Below, in pieces: positions 48,850-58,800 of a stretch of 64,000 nt of DNA (position 1 is its first letter; each line of letters begins with the position of its first letter). The stretch is from an uncultured Boseongicola sp. Lineage in GTDB: Bacteria; Actinomycetota; Acidimicrobiia; Spongiisociales; ZC4RG35. The stretch covers positions 1,917 through 65,916 of the forward strand of contig CAXMMT010000010.1 in the NCBI GenBank assembly GCA_964194555.1, given 5' to 3'. The position numbers and the translations under genes are program-made. The notes under the pieces are model-generated. The model saw only the letters and a list, made by a program, of their open reading frames with translations. It ran no database searches and was not told the origin of the DNA.

Positions 48850-50034
48850 ATGACGGATACCGATAGTCGGCAACTCGACGACGTTGTCGGGGAGCTCTTT
48901 GACAACCATCCCCCTTCGAGCACCGATCCGGAGGAGTTCTGGGGCGCACAGTACGACCTCGGTCTGGCGTGGGTCTGGCACGAGAAGGGCTTCGGTGGGC
49001 TCGGACTGTCCCGCGTGGACCAAGACCACGTCAACCGGCGGATAGAAGAAGCAGGCGGATCGACCGAGAACCGCTATCTCAACCTTCTCGGGATCGGCAT
49101 GGGCGCCGGTGTTCTCGCCGCCCACGGCACCGATAGCCAGAAGCGACGCTGGCTGCGGCCCATGTTCACCACCCAGGAGATCTGGTGCCAGATGTTCAGC
49201 GAGCCGGATGCCGGGTCCGATCTCGCTGGTCTTTCGATGAGGGCGGAGCCCGACGGTGACGAATGGGTCGTCAACGGCCAGAAGGTGTGGACCACCCTCG
49301 CCCACCTCTCCAAATGGGGCATGTTGGTCACCCGCACCGATCCCGAGGCCCCCAAACATCGTGGGCTCACCTACTTCGTTGTGGACATGGCGGCAGAGGG
49401 GGTCGACGTTCGACCGCTATATCAGATAACCGGAGACGCCGAGTTCAACGAGGTGTTCTTCGATGACGTTCGGATACCCGATGAGAACCGAATCGACTCG
49501 GTTGGGTCGGGGTGGAGAGTCTCACTGACAACTCTGATGAATGAGCGGGTGGCGATCGGAGCCAACACGGTTCCGAGAGGCTCGGGAAAGATTGCCGATG
49601 CCGTGGACGTTTGGAAGCGGTCCGGTTCCGAGGATCCTCTGCTCCGTGACCGACTGATCCATTTGTGGGCCGAGGTCGAGGCTGCCCGTCTGACCAGCGC
49701 CCGCGCCAATGAGTTGGCCAGTGCAGGGGTCCCCGGACCGGAAGGCTCGATAGGCAAACTCGATTGGGCCACGCTGAACAAGGAGATCACCTCTTTCACG
49801 ATCGATCTGATGGGACTCGAAGGCACTCTCTACCCGGGTGGTTATGAGCTGGTCAGACCCACCAGCTTTGACTCGTCGATGCCGCAGAAAGCCTTCTTGA
49901 GGACTAGGGCGAACTCGATCGAGGGGGGAACCTCGGAGATCATGATGAACATCCTCGGCGAGCGTGTCCTCGGCCTTCCGGGAGAGCCGCGCGTCGACAA
50001 GGAGCTGCCATGGAAGGATGTGCCTCGTGGGTGA
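48850..50034 (+). CDS. acyl-CoA dehydrogenase
   Basis: Start ATG 48850. FSEPDAGSDLAGL, NGQKVWTT and GGTSEIMMNILGE motifs; 394 aa. Confidence 0.85.
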   Translation: MTDTDSRQLDDVVGELFDNHPPSSTDPEEFWGAQYDLGLAWVWHEKGFGGLGLSRVDQDHVNRRIEEAGGSTENRYLNLLGIGMGAGVLAAHGTDSQKRRWLRPMFTTQEIWCQMFSEPDAGSDLAGLSMRAEPDGDEWVVNGQKVWTTLAHLSKWGMLVTRTDPEAPKHRGLTYFVVDMAAEGVDVRPLYQITGDAEFNEVFFDDVRIPDENRIDSVGSGWRVSLTTLMNERVAIGANTVPRGSGKIADAVDVWKRSGSEDPLLRDRLIHLWAEVEAARLTSARANELASAGVPGPEGSIGKLDWATLNKEITSFTIDLMGLEGTLYPGGYELVRPTSFDSSMPQKAFLRTRANSIEGGTSEIMMNILGERVLGLPGEPRVDKELPWKDVPRG

Positions 50035-50044
50035 GGGCAGCACC

Positions 50045-51166
50045 GTGTCGGTGTCATACGCAGCAACCGAGGATATGGAGCTCATCCGCACCACGGCGCG
50101 ACAGTTCCTGGAGGAGCGCATCCGACTCGAAACTGTTCGGGACATCATGATGTCTGACGAGGGGTTCGACACAGGTCTCTGGAGAGAGATCGCCGACATG
50201 GGTTGGACCGGTCTCGCCATCGGCGAAGAGCATGGTGGAGCAGGGTACGGGTTGAGCCAGTTGGGCGTGCTTCTCGAGGAGATGGGTCGTCTGGTGACGC
50301 CAGGACCGTTCTTCGCCAGCGCCGTTCTGGCCACCGCGGCGATCGAGATGGCAGGTGATGACTCTCAGAAAGCCGCTCTGCTTCCACAACTGGCGGCCGG
50401 GGAGAGCATCGCCACACTGGCCGTGTTCGAAGAGCCTCGTGGATGGGATCCTTCCGTGCTGGCCACAACCGCGTCGGCCGACGGCGCCGGCTGGATCATC
50501 GATGGAGCAAAGCGGTTCGTCCTTGCCGGGGATCAGGCTGACGTCATCGTCGTGGCTGCCGGCTTCGAAGGCGGGATAGGCATGTTTGTCGTGCCAGGGG
50601 ACGCATCGGGTCTCGAAGTCGTGGAGACACCTGTGCTCGATCCCACCCGTCGTCAGGCAGATGTCTCATTGAACGGCGTCCGGGTCGATGAGAGTGCTCT
50701 GCTGGGTGGTGGTGATTCCACGCTCCCGCTTCGCAAGACTCTGGGGATCGGGACTGCGTGTCTGGCAGCGGAGCAGGTCGGCGGGTCTCAGATGTGCCTC
50801 GAGATGTCGGTTGAGTATGCAAAGACCCGCTACCAGTTCGGCCGTCCAATCGGTTCGTTCCAGGCGATCAAGCACCGTTGCGCCGAAATGCTCATCAAGA
50901 CCGAGCACGCCAGATCGACGGCGTATCACGCGGTCCGGGTCGTCGATGACGATGACGAGTTCTCCATTGCCGCGCCACTTGCCGGTTCGATCTGCTCGGA
51001 TGCCTACAACTGGATCGCCGGCGAGACGATCCAGGTACACGGAGGGATCGCTTTCACCTGGGAGCACGATGCCCACCTCTATCTCAAGCGGGCGAAGGCT
51101 TCCTCCCTGCTATTCGGGGACCCCCGCTATCAGCGTCAGCTCTTGGGTCAGGCGATAGATCTCTAG
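50045..51166 (+). CDS. acyl-CoA dehydrogenase (second of an adjacent pair)
   Basis: Start probably GTG 50045 or 50051. YAKTRYQFGRPIGSFQAIKH and IQVHGGIAFTWEHD motifs; about 373 aa. Confidence 0.8.
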   Translation: MSVSYAATEDMELIRTTARQFLEERIRLETVRDIMMSDEGFDTGLWREIADMGWTGLAIGEEHGGAGYGLSQLGVLLEEMGRLVTPGPFFASAVLATAAIEMAGDDSQKAALLPQLAAGESIATLAVFEEPRGWDPSVLATTASADGAGWIIDGAKRFVLAGDQADVIVVAAGFEGGIGMFVVPGDASGLEVVETPVLDPTRRQADVSLNGVRVDESALLGGGDSTLPLRKTLGIGTACLAAEQVGGSQMCLEMSVEYAKTRYQFGRPIGSFQAIKHRCAEMLIKTEHARSTAYHAVRVVDDDDEFSIAAPLAGSICSDAYNWIAGETIQVHGGIAFTWEHDAHLYLKRAKASSLLFGDPRYQRQLLGQAIDL

Positions 51167-51207
51167 TGCTCTGGCATCGCCAACGTTTGTGGTCGGCGCA
51201 ATAACCG

Positions 51208-52044
51208 TCACTTGTTGTGAAGATCGGACTGGGATGATTCGGTGTGAATGACCCGGTCACGGTGCACATGGCGACCCTCCACCGGGCGATGGGCCGCATC
51301 GTCGAGAAAGATCCGGCCGTCTTCGACATGGAGGAGGGCAGCGCCGTATGCATCCTGGAGGTGTCCGGTGGCGAGGACTTCCCGGGGCGGGCCTTGAGCG
51401 ACCACTCGGCCTGAGAGGAGGACCACGTTGTCGGCCACTTGAGCTTCGGAGAGGTCGTGTGTGGTCATCACAACGGTGCACCCCCGGGCGAGCTCGTCGT
51501 GAATCACGAAGTCGATCGCCTGTGCGGTTGGAAAGTCGATTCCTGTTAGAGGCTCGTCCAGGAGAAGCAGGTCGTGCTCCTGGGCAAGACCTTGAGCCAC
51601 GAATACCCGCTGACGCTGTCCGCCCGAAAGTTCGTTGAGGGGACGATTGCCGAGATCGGTGATCCCGGTGCGGTCCATCGCTTCTGCCACCGCGTCGCGA
51701 TCGTCCTGACTGAGCCGTCTGTACGCGCCGGTACCGGCGTACCTGCCCATCATGACCACTTCCCGGACCGAGATGGGGAGGGCGTCATTCACCTTCGTGG
51801 TCTGAAGCACGTAGGAGATTCGATGCGAAGAACCGGCTCCGCCGAATACTTCGATTGAGCCGCTGATCGGGTCGATCAGTCCGGCAACCGCACTGAGAAG
51901 AGTCGACTTCCCGGAGCCGTTTGGCCCGATGACGGCGGTGACCTTCCCGGTGGGGATGGTGAAGGTCGACCTGCTGAGCGCCACCGTCGGTCCGTAGCCG
52001 AGGACCAGATCTTCGGCCAGGACTGCATTGCTCCTCATGCGCAC
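51208..52044 (-). CDS. znuC: metal (Zn/Mn) ABC transporter ATP-binding protein
   Basis: 278 aa. GPNGSGKSTLL, LSGGQRQRV, LLLDEP. Its start overlaps the zur stop. Confidence 0.8.
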   Translation of the reverse strand: MRMRSNAVLAEDLVLGYGPTVALSRSTFTIPTGKVTAVIGPNGSGKSTLLSAVAGLIDPISGSIEVFGGAGSSHRISYVLQTTKVNDALPISVREVVMMGRYAGTGAYRRLSQDDRDAVAEAMDRTGITDLGNRPLNELSGGQRQRVFVAQGLAQEHDLLLLDEPLTGIDFPTAQAIDFVIHDELARGCTVVMTTHDLSEAQVADNVVLLSGRVVAQGPPREVLATGHLQDAYGAALLHVEDGRIFLDDAAHRPVEGRHVHRDRVIHTESSQSDLHNK

Positions 52045-52475
52045 CTCGAGCAGAGGCCTTCTAGCTCGAAGGCGTGGTTCACCGGTGTGAACGCGACGGT
52101 CGAACCGATTTCCTCAACGAGCTCACGAACCTTCTCTTCGTAAGAGTGAGGGAGGGCGAGATCCTCGACTTTGCCACAGTCGAGACAGACCAGGTGGTGG
52201 TGATGTCCCTGTAGCCATTCGGCGAGCTCGTATCGGGCGACGCCCGACTTGGTGAAGTGTGGCACGACAACGCCGGACTCTTCGAGGACCGCCAACGATC
52301 GGTATAGGGAGGAAAGCGGCATCGTGGTTCCGATCTGGGCATGTAACTCTCCCGCAGACCTGGGGCCGCCCGACCCGGCAAGCGTCGCAACCAGCAGCCG
52401 ACGTCCCCGTGTGTATCGGGCATCGTGGATCCTGAGCCGAGTCTCTATTTCGCCGTCGAGGCCTGTGGTTGTCAC
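52035..52475 (-). CDS. zur: Fur-family metalloregulator, probably Zur
   Basis: Winged-helix part YTRGRRLLVATL...SAGEL, followed by HHHHLVCLDCGKV and C-terminal CSRC metal sites. The start is uncertain: GTG 52475 is chosen, and ATG 52520 is possible. Adjacent to znuACB and a Zur box. Confidence 0.7.
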   Translation of the reverse strand: MTTTGLDGEIETRLRIHDARYTRGRRLLVATLAGSGGPRSAGELHAQIGTTMPLSSLYRSLAVLEESGVVVPHFTKSGVARYELAEWLQGHHHHLVCLDCGKVEDLALPHSYEEKVRELVEEIGSTVAFTPVNHAFELEGLCSRCA

Positions 52476-52503
52476 TGATATCCGATCTCGGGTATTGTGG
52501 ACG

Positions 52504-53394
52504 ATGTTGAGAATGATTCTCATTATAGGTGCGATGTCGCTTCTGGTGCTTACCGCTTGTGAAAACGATGAAGTCGGTACGGACCCGAGATTTACGGTCG
52601 TGGTGACTACGACGATTATCGGAGATCTCGTCGGTAACGTCGTCGGAGCCGATGCCACGATCGAGGTGCTGGTCCCCATCGGAGCCGATCCTCACGACTA
52701 CCAGGCCTCCTCACGTCAGGTGGCCGCCGTCAATGATGCCGATCTTGTCGTTGCCGTCGGGCTCGGGCTCGAGGAAGGCCTGGTCGATGTCCTGACAGCC
52801 GCAGAAGAGGACGGAGCCAACGTCATCGAGATAGCACCCCTGCTCGATCCGATTCCGCTGGAGAACAGCCTTGACCCACATGTCTGGCTCGATCCGAATC
52901 GGATGGCCGAAGCAGCGCGACTCATCGCCGAGGAGATGACAAGAGTCGATCCATTGGTCGACTGGTCGTCGCGAGCCGAGGTATATGCAATCGAACTCGA
53001 CACCACCCACCGCGAGATCGAGTCGATTCTCCAAGCCGTTCATCGAGACTCGAGAAAGCTCGTCACCAACCACGACGCCTTGGGTTACTTCGCAGCGGTC
53101 TACGGCTTTGAGATCGTTGGGACCGTCGTCCCTGGAGGCTCGACCCTCGGCGCCCCCAGCTCGGATGAGTTGGCGGAGTTGGTGCGAGTGATCGAAGAGG
53201 AGGATGTTCCAGCGATCTTTGCCGACACGACCGAGTCTTCCGCCCTTGCTTTCTCAGTGGCTGCCGAGGTCGGCCACGAGGTCGAGGTTGTCGACCTGTA
53301 CACGGGGTCTTTGGGGGAGCCCGGTTCCGGAGCCGACACCCTCATCGGGATGCTCTTGACCAACGCCGAGTTGATTGCCGGGGCGCTGGGATGA
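52504..53394 (+). CDS. znuA: metal ABC transporter substrate-binding lipoprotein (ZnuA/TroA family)
   Basis: Start ATG 52504 or 52513. Signal/lipobox LLVLTACEND. GADPHDYQ and DPHVWLDP motifs. Confidence 0.8.
   Translation: MLRMILIIGAMSLLVLTACENDEVGTDPRFTVVVTTTIIGDLVGNVVGADATIEVLVPIGADPHDYQASSRQVAAVNDADLVVAVGLGLEEGLVDVLTAAEEDGANVIEIAPLLDPIPLENSLDPHVWLDPNRMAEAARLIAEEMTRVDPLVDWSSRAEVYAIELDTTHREIESILQAVHRDSRKLVTNHDALGYFAAVYGFEIVGTVVPGGSTLGAPSSDELAELVRVIEEEDVPAIFADTTESSALAFSVAAEVGHEVEVVDLYTGSLGEPGSGADTLIGMLLTNAELIAGALG
52508..52522. promoter_or_regulatory. Zur-box-like palindrome
   Basis: tgagaatgattctca is a perfect 7-1-7 palindrome. It is close to the actinobacterial Zur box TGaaAatgatTttcA and lies in the zur/znuA divergent region, overlapping the znuA start codon. 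Confidence 0.65.
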
Positions 53395-53419
53395 GAAGGG
53401 TGGTTAGCGTGGAGACATC

Positions 53420-54262
53420 GTGGAGTGGTTGACGGCGCCGTTCGAATTCGCCTTCCAACAGCGAGCCCTTATCGGAGGATCTCTCGCGGCGATCGCACTT
53501 GCACTTGTCGGCACGTGGGTGGTCATCCGAGGAATGAGTTTTCTCGGTGACGCCCTGGTTCACGGCGTCGTGCCCGGGATTGCGCTGGCGATCCTTCTCG
53601 ACTTCAACGTGATGATTGGTGCTGTTCTGGCGGCTGTCGTGATGTTGGCCGGCATCAATCTGGTTCATCGCCAGACGGCCTTCTCCGAGGACACCGGCAT
53701 CGGGCTTCTCTTCGTCGGTATGCTCGGCGTGGGAGTGATCCTGATCTCGAGAACCCCCTCGTACTCGGGCAGCCTCACGGCGATTCTCTTTGGTGACGTG
53801 CTTGGCGTGACTATCGGTGACATCCGGGTGCTGGTGCTGGTGGCAGTTGTCATCCTGGTCGTTTCGGTCCTGCTGTACCGCCACTTCCTGGTCCTGGCAT
53901 TCAATGAGCAGAAAGCCCAGCTCTTTGGCTTCCGGCCCCGCTTTGCCCAGGCCGCCCTTCTCGGGCTGATCACCCTTGGCATCGTGGGCTCGTTCCAAAC
54001 GGTCGGAACGCTTCTTGTGCTGGGGCTGCTGGTAGGACCGCCTGCGACGGCAGCTTTGATAGTGCGACGGGTGCCGATCATGATGGTCACCGCTGCCGTC
54101 ATCGGGGTGATGTCTGTGGCCGCGGGTCTGATCATCAGCTACCACTTCGACACGGCGGGGTCGGCAACCATGGCCGTGGTTCCGATCGTGCTGTTCTTCG
54201 TGACCTTGACGATCAAGAACTTGGCGGGCCGGGCCGGTCGTCCCGCTACTGCGCCGGGCTAG
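53420..54262 (+). CDS. znuB: metal ABC transporter permease (ABC-3 family)
   Basis: 280 aa with about 8 TM segments. GDALVHGVVPGIA is typical of ZnuB/TroC. Confidence 0.8.
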   Translation: MEWLTAPFEFAFQQRALIGGSLAAIALALVGTWVVIRGMSFLGDALVHGVVPGIALAILLDFNVMIGAVLAAVVMLAGINLVHRQTAFSEDTGIGLLFVGMLGVGVILISRTPSYSGSLTAILFGDVLGVTIGDIRVLVLVAVVILVVSVLLYRHFLVLAFNEQKAQLFGFRPRFAQAALLGLITLGIVGSFQTVGTLLVLGLLVGPPATAALIVRRVPIMMVTAAVIGVMSVAAGLIISYHFDTAGSATMAVVPIVLFFVTLTIKNLAGRAGRPATAPG

Positions 54263-54268
54263 TTGTTG

Positions 54269-54322
54269 CCGAACCTGAGGTAGTTACGCCCGTATATGGG
54301 GGCGTAACTACCTCAGGTTCGG
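54269..54322. terminator. perfect 22-bp stem hairpin between convergent genes
   Basis: ccgaacctgaggtagttacgcc (54269-54290), 10-nt loop, ggcgtaactacctcaggttcgg (54301-54322). There is no clear U-tract on either side. Confidence 0.5.
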
Positions 54323-54329
54323 GTATTGG

Positions 54330-54818
54330 TTAGCCGGTGCTGATCTGGCAGCCCTGGTCCTGCATCGTGTTGGCCGCGTGTTGGGCGAAGGCTTCTGCTT
54401 CGGTGCGGCGGGCTTCACCGGCGGCTTGGGCGACCTCGGTGGCCCATTGGTCGAGAAGACCCTGCAACTCGTCACAAGTTTCGGCTTCGTCGATCTCGTA
54501 GACAGGGGTGGGGACCTCAGGGGAAACATCCATGTTCCATTCGAAGCTCTCACCGACACTGCGGGCAACCATGAAGTCGTCTTTCCAGGTCTCGGTGGGG
54601 AAGCCCAGCGGGGCGTCCCCCTTGAGAGTCACCTCACCGGGAGACGGGGCGTATTCTCTGACCTCTATCGACCACTCGACCTGCTCGCCGGCGGTTGTCT
54701 CTGTGTCGTTGCCGAGATTGACGAAAAACAGGGTGATCACTACCAAAACGGCGACGGCCAGCACACCCCAAAGAAGCCAACGGCCCCAATTCAGGTCGAG
54801 TGATTCACGGTCGGTCAT
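54330..54818 (-). CDS. hypothetical membrane-anchored protein
   Basis: 162 aa with an N-terminal TM segment WLLWGVLAVAVLVVITLFFV. No recognisable family. Confidence 0.5.
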   Translation of the reverse strand: MTDRESLDLNWGRWLLWGVLAVAVLVVITLFFVNLGNDTETTAGEQVEWSIEVREYAPSPGEVTLKGDAPLGFPTETWKDDFMVARSVGESFEWNMDVSPEVPTPVYEIDEAETCDELQGLLDQWATEVAQAAGEARRTEAEAFAQHAANTMQDQGCQISTG

Positions 54819-54830
54819 CCCGGTTGCGCG

Positions 54831-55769
54831 CTACTGACTACGTAACTTGGGATCGAGGGCGTCCCGGAGACCATCACCTATGAAGTTGACGCTGATCACC
54901 GTGAGCGAGATCAAAATACCTGGCCAGAGGACACGCATCGGTGTGATGGTGATGTAACCCTGGGCGTCGAAGAGGAGCCTGCCCCAGGTGGGGAAGTCGG
55001 AGGGGAATCCAAGGCCGAGGAATGACAACGCCGATTCGGTGATGATGGCGATCGCCACGCCGAGAGCTGCCGCCACCATGACAGGGCTGAGAACGTTGGG
55101 AAATATGTGGCGGAACACAACGCTTCGCTTTCTGGAGCCGATGCTGTGGGCGGCGAGCACGAACTCCTGTTCCTTGAGAGCGAGGACATCGCCTCGCACC
55201 ACACGGGCGGTCTGCATCCAACTCGTGATCCCGATGATGCTCACCACCAGTATGAAGATTCCCAGCTCAGGACCAAATGCTTCACGAAGCGGGTCCCTGA
55301 ACAACATGATGATGACCAACAGCAGCGGGAGGATCGGTAGGGCAAGGAACATGTCGGTCCCTCTCATGAGGATCCCGTCGAGCTTGCTGAAGAATCCGGA
55401 GAGGATGCCCACCACCGTCCCAATGACAACACCGACGATCATGGCGGCGATACCGACCGACAGCGAGATCCGACCACCCACCATCACCCGCGCCATCACG
55501 TCCCGACCGAGGTTGTCAGTGCCCATGGGATGATCCAACGATGGGGTCAGGCTTGCCTGCGAGGTGTCGATTGCGAAAGGATCCAGCGGGTATATGAGCG
55601 GTCCGACATAGCTTCCGAACATGATGACCAAAAGCAGGACCAGACCGACCATCGCCCCCTTGTGTCGCCGGAACTGACGCCACACGTCGGACCAGAGAGA
55701 CCGGTACCTTTCCGGAGACTCGATCGTCTGATCTTGCGTCTCCTCTACTCTTTCTCGGGTTGTCGCCAT
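54831..55769 (-). CDS. peptide ABC transporter permease (DppC/OppC family)
   Basis: 312 aa. Binding-protein-dependent transport motif EAARVVRGDVLALKEQEF-like region. 6 TM segments. Confidence 0.85.
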   Translation of the reverse strand: MATTRERVEETQDQTIESPERYRSLWSDVWRQFRRHKGAMVGLVLLLVIMFGSYVGPLIYPLDPFAIDTSQASLTPSLDHPMGTDNLGRDVMARVMVGGRISLSVGIAAMIVGVVIGTVVGILSGFFSKLDGILMRGTDMFLALPILPLLLVIIMLFRDPLREAFGPELGIFILVVSIIGITSWMQTARVVRGDVLALKEQEFVLAAHSIGSRKRSVVFRHIFPNVLSPVMVAAALGVAIAIITESALSFLGLGFPSDFPTWGRLLFDAQGYITITPMRVLWPGILISLTVISVNFIGDGLRDALDPKLRSQ

Positions 55770-55786
55770 CTACGTTTCCTGACTTC

Positions 55787-56800
55787 TCATTCGTATCTTA
55801 TCCGGGGGTCCAAAAGGCCATACGTGATGTCGGCTAGCAGATTGAACACGACGATGAGCACCGCAAAGAGAAACGTCAGCGTCTGCACCATTGGAACATC
55901 GGCACCCTGGATGGCGCTGATCAGTAGTTGACCGAGCCCGTTGATCCGGAAGATCTGCTCGGTGATGATCGCACCGGCAAAGACTCCGGGGATCTGCAGG
56001 GCGATCAGGGTCACCACCGGAATCAGGCTGTTGCGAAGCACATGGGTGACGAGAACCTTGTTCTCGTTCAGTCCCTTGGATCGCGCGGTTCGCACATAGT
56101 CCTCGTTCAGGTTGTCCAACATCGACGACCTGGTGAATCGGCTCAATGCGGCGGCGTTGAATAACGCCAGCACGGCAACGGGCATGATCATCTGCTTGAA
56201 CTGGAGAACCAGCGTTTCCCAACTGTTGACCACCAGTGTGGTGTCATAGAACGACGGAAACCAACCCAGCCAGACACTGAAAACGACGATGGCAAGCAGT
56301 CCGGTGAAAAAGGTGGGAACGGAATAGCCGACCATGGTGACGAAGGTCCCGACGTTGTCGAAAACCGAGTACTGCTTGTAGGCGCTGATTACACCGACGG
56401 GAATGGCGATCATGACACCGAGGATGAAAGCCAGACCCAGGACCCAGAGGGTCTGGGGGATGCGCTCGATGATGGTGTCCACGACCGGGGCCTTCGATGA
56501 CCACGAGATGATACGGACCCGGTTTTCGCTGTCGCCGATGGTGATGTTGAACATCTGCTCGATGAGATTGATTGGTTCGACGATCATCATTTGGTACAAC
56601 CACTTCAACCAGGAGACCAGGAAAGGGTCGTTGAATCCGAGGGCCTCCCTGATCTTCTCCCGAACCTCCGGGGGAATGGTCAGAGGAAGACTCGCAGTGG
56701 GATCGCCGGGAGCAAGGTCGAGGATTGCGAATATGACAAAACTGATGACGATCAGAGTCGGGATAGCGAACAGAGTTCGCCTAATGATGTAACGACCCAT
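55787..56800 (-). CDS. peptide ABC transporter permease (DppB/OppB family)
   Basis: 337 aa. MGRYIIRRTLFAIPTL N-terminus and YVRTARSKGL motif. Confidence 0.85.
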   Translation of the reverse strand: MGRYIIRRTLFAIPTLIVISFVIFAILDLAPGDPTASLPLTIPPEVREKIREALGFNDPFLVSWLKWLYQMMIVEPINLIEQMFNITIGDSENRVRIISWSSKAPVVDTIIERIPQTLWVLGLAFILGVMIAIPVGVISAYKQYSVFDNVGTFVTMVGYSVPTFFTGLLAIVVFSVWLGWFPSFYDTTLVVNSWETLVLQFKQMIMPVAVLALFNAAALSRFTRSSMLDNLNEDYVRTARSKGLNENKVLVTHVLRNSLIPVVTLIALQIPGVFAGAIITEQIFRINGLGQLLISAIQGADVPMVQTLTFLFAVLIVVFNLLADITYGLLDPRIRYE

Positions 56801-56839
56801 TGGCTATCTATTTCCCTGGCGCAAAGGATCACGATAGCA

Positions 56840-56873
56840 AGAGAGCCTCTCAGTGGGACCTGAGAGGCTCTCT
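56840..56873 (-). terminator. 14-bp perfect stem-loop after the substrate-binding protein gene (attenuator or mRNA-stability hairpin)
   Basis: agagagcctctcag (56840-56853), loop tgggac, ctgagaggctctct (56860-56873). It lies in the 97-nt gap between the SBP and permease genes. Confidence 0.5.
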
Positions 56874-56897
56874 TTTCAGCTAGATGTTGTTGTCTAG

Positions 56898-58682
56898 TTA
56901 CTCGCTTCGGGTCCAGTCTTCGACGTTCCAGTACTCGGAGTCCCAAGCGTTGAGATCCCCAACTCCCCCGATCGAGTTGGCGAAAGCCGAGACACTGCCA
57001 CGCCAGATCAGCGGGATCATCGCGCCAGCCTGAATCACCAGGTCGTTCAACTCCTTGACGATCTCGATTCGACGATCGAGGTCCCCAGTCGTGGTCAACT
57101 CCAAGTACAGAGCATCGTACTCGGCACTCGAATAGCGGGGGATGTTTCCTCCGCCGAAGTTGGCGCTGGGCGAGATGACCTGGTCTGTAGTCCAGTTACT
57201 CATGTAGGTCTGGGGGTCCGGGCTTCCGGCACCATTGGTGTACATCTCGATGTCTGAGTAGAACACCTGGTAGGTGTCAGGGCTGGCCTGATCACCACCG
57301 AAGAACACCGAAGCGTCGATGTTCTTGAGTTCTGTGTCAACACCGATCTGAGCCCAGTAGGACTTGACCAGATCCTGGTTGCTCTGCCTGACCGCGTTGG
57401 TCGAGGTCTGGTACAGAACAAAGAGGGGATCGCCCGTGTCGGGATCTTCCCGAATGCCGTCGCCGTCTGTATCCAGGTAGCCGGCCTCATCGAGCAGTGC
57501 GTTGGCACCGTCGATGTCTTGAACTAGGCAGGCATCGTTGGCAGTCGAGGCGTACGGCGCTCCGGGCCACACATTGCATGTGGGGCTACCGGCGAAGCCG
57601 TAACCAACATCAACCAACTCCTGACGGTTGATCGCCATACTCAGGGCCTGGTACACGGCCGGATCCGTGAGGAACGGATGAGTCGTGCCGGGCTCTGAAC
57701 GTTGATCACCGAGATCAGGATCCGGATCCGTCTGGTTGATCATCAGACGCTCGACGTTGGACGCGAAACCAGCGAGAACCACACCAATACCGGTGTCCTC
57801 CATGTTGGCCAATACCACAGGGTCGACCTGCAGGTTCCAGCCATAATCGGCCTCACCAAGCTCGAGGACCGAACGAGCCGACGCCTCGGCGTCGCCGCCA
57901 CCCTTGATCAGCACAGTGCCGAAGAACGGCTTGCCGTCTTCGGCGCCCCGATAATTCGGGTTGTAGTCATACAGAGCCGTGTCGTTGACCTTGAAGTCGT
58001 TGACCATGTAAGGACCGGTTCCAATCGGTCCGAAGTTCTCATCGGTGCAGGCAACCGCATCGGTACCCACGCAATTCTCGAACTGTGCCTTCTGCAAGAT
58101 CGGTGACTGGTAGGTCACGAAAGCGTTGTACGGGAACGGCGTCTCAGTTTCGAAGGTGATTGTGACGGTTGTGGCGTCCACAGCCTCCACACTGGTAATT
58201 CCTGTGAAGAAGCCTGACTGGGTGCAGTCCGCGGTCTGTGTGCAGTACTCATAAGTGAATACCACGTCATCCGCCGTGAACGCGGAGCCATCCGACCAGG
58301 TGACACCCTCTTTGAGGGTCCATGTGACCGACAGCAAATCGTCCGCAACAGTGGGAACGTCGGCTGCCAGGACCGCCACCAGGTTTCCTGCGGGGTCGTA
58401 CTCAGCCAGCGGCTCGAGGATCAAGGATGCTGCGAGCAGTTCCTTGGTACCACCGGAGAGCAACGGGTTGAGTGTCGACGCGGCCTGCCATTGCAGCAGG
58501 GTCAACGCGCCACCTTGACCCGCCATGCCACCCGTGTCGGGTGCCTCGGTGGTGTCGGTAGTGGCCTCGGTGGTGGCCGTGGCACCTTCGGTGGTGTCGG
58601 CGGCTCCATCGTCGCCGTCTCCGCACGCCGCGAGCACAAGTGCAAGAACGGCGAACAGAGCCAGCCATTTAATTCTTTTCAT
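56898..58682 (-). CDS. peptide/nickel ABC transporter substrate-binding lipoprotein (family 5)
   Basis: Start ATG 58682 with ggagga SD 9 nt upstream. Lipobox LVLAACGDG followed by a Thr/Glu/Ala-rich linker; about 594 aa. Confidence 0.85.
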   Translation of the reverse strand: MKRIKWLALFAVLALVLAACGDGDDGAADTTEGATATTEATTDTTEAPDTGGMAGQGGALTLLQWQAASTLNPLLSGGTKELLAASLILEPLAEYDPAGNLVAVLAADVPTVADDLLSVTWTLKEGVTWSDGSAFTADDVVFTYEYCTQTADCTQSGFFTGITSVEAVDATTVTITFETETPFPYNAFVTYQSPILQKAQFENCVGTDAVACTDENFGPIGTGPYMVNDFKVNDTALYDYNPNYRGAEDGKPFFGTVLIKGGGDAEASARSVLELGEADYGWNLQVDPVVLANMEDTGIGVVLAGFASNVERLMINQTDPDPDLGDQRSEPGTTHPFLTDPAVYQALSMAINRQELVDVGYGFAGSPTCNVWPGAPYASTANDACLVQDIDGANALLDEAGYLDTDGDGIREDPDTGDPLFVLYQTSTNAVRQSNQDLVKSYWAQIGVDTELKNIDASVFFGGDQASPDTYQVFYSDIEMYTNGAGSPDPQTYMSNWTTDQVISPSANFGGGNIPRYSSAEYDALYLELTTTGDLDRRIEIVKELNDLVIQAGAMIPLIWRGSVSAFANSIGGVGDLNAWDSEYWNVEDWTRSE

Positions 58683-58800
58683 AGGGTTTTCTCCTCCATA
58701 CATCCGGTACGAACGACCGGCATCGGGAGAACGGTAACACCGTTTTCACCGGTGTGGACGAGGAAGTGACTCGGGCCGGGATGTCGGCTACTGCCCGCGG

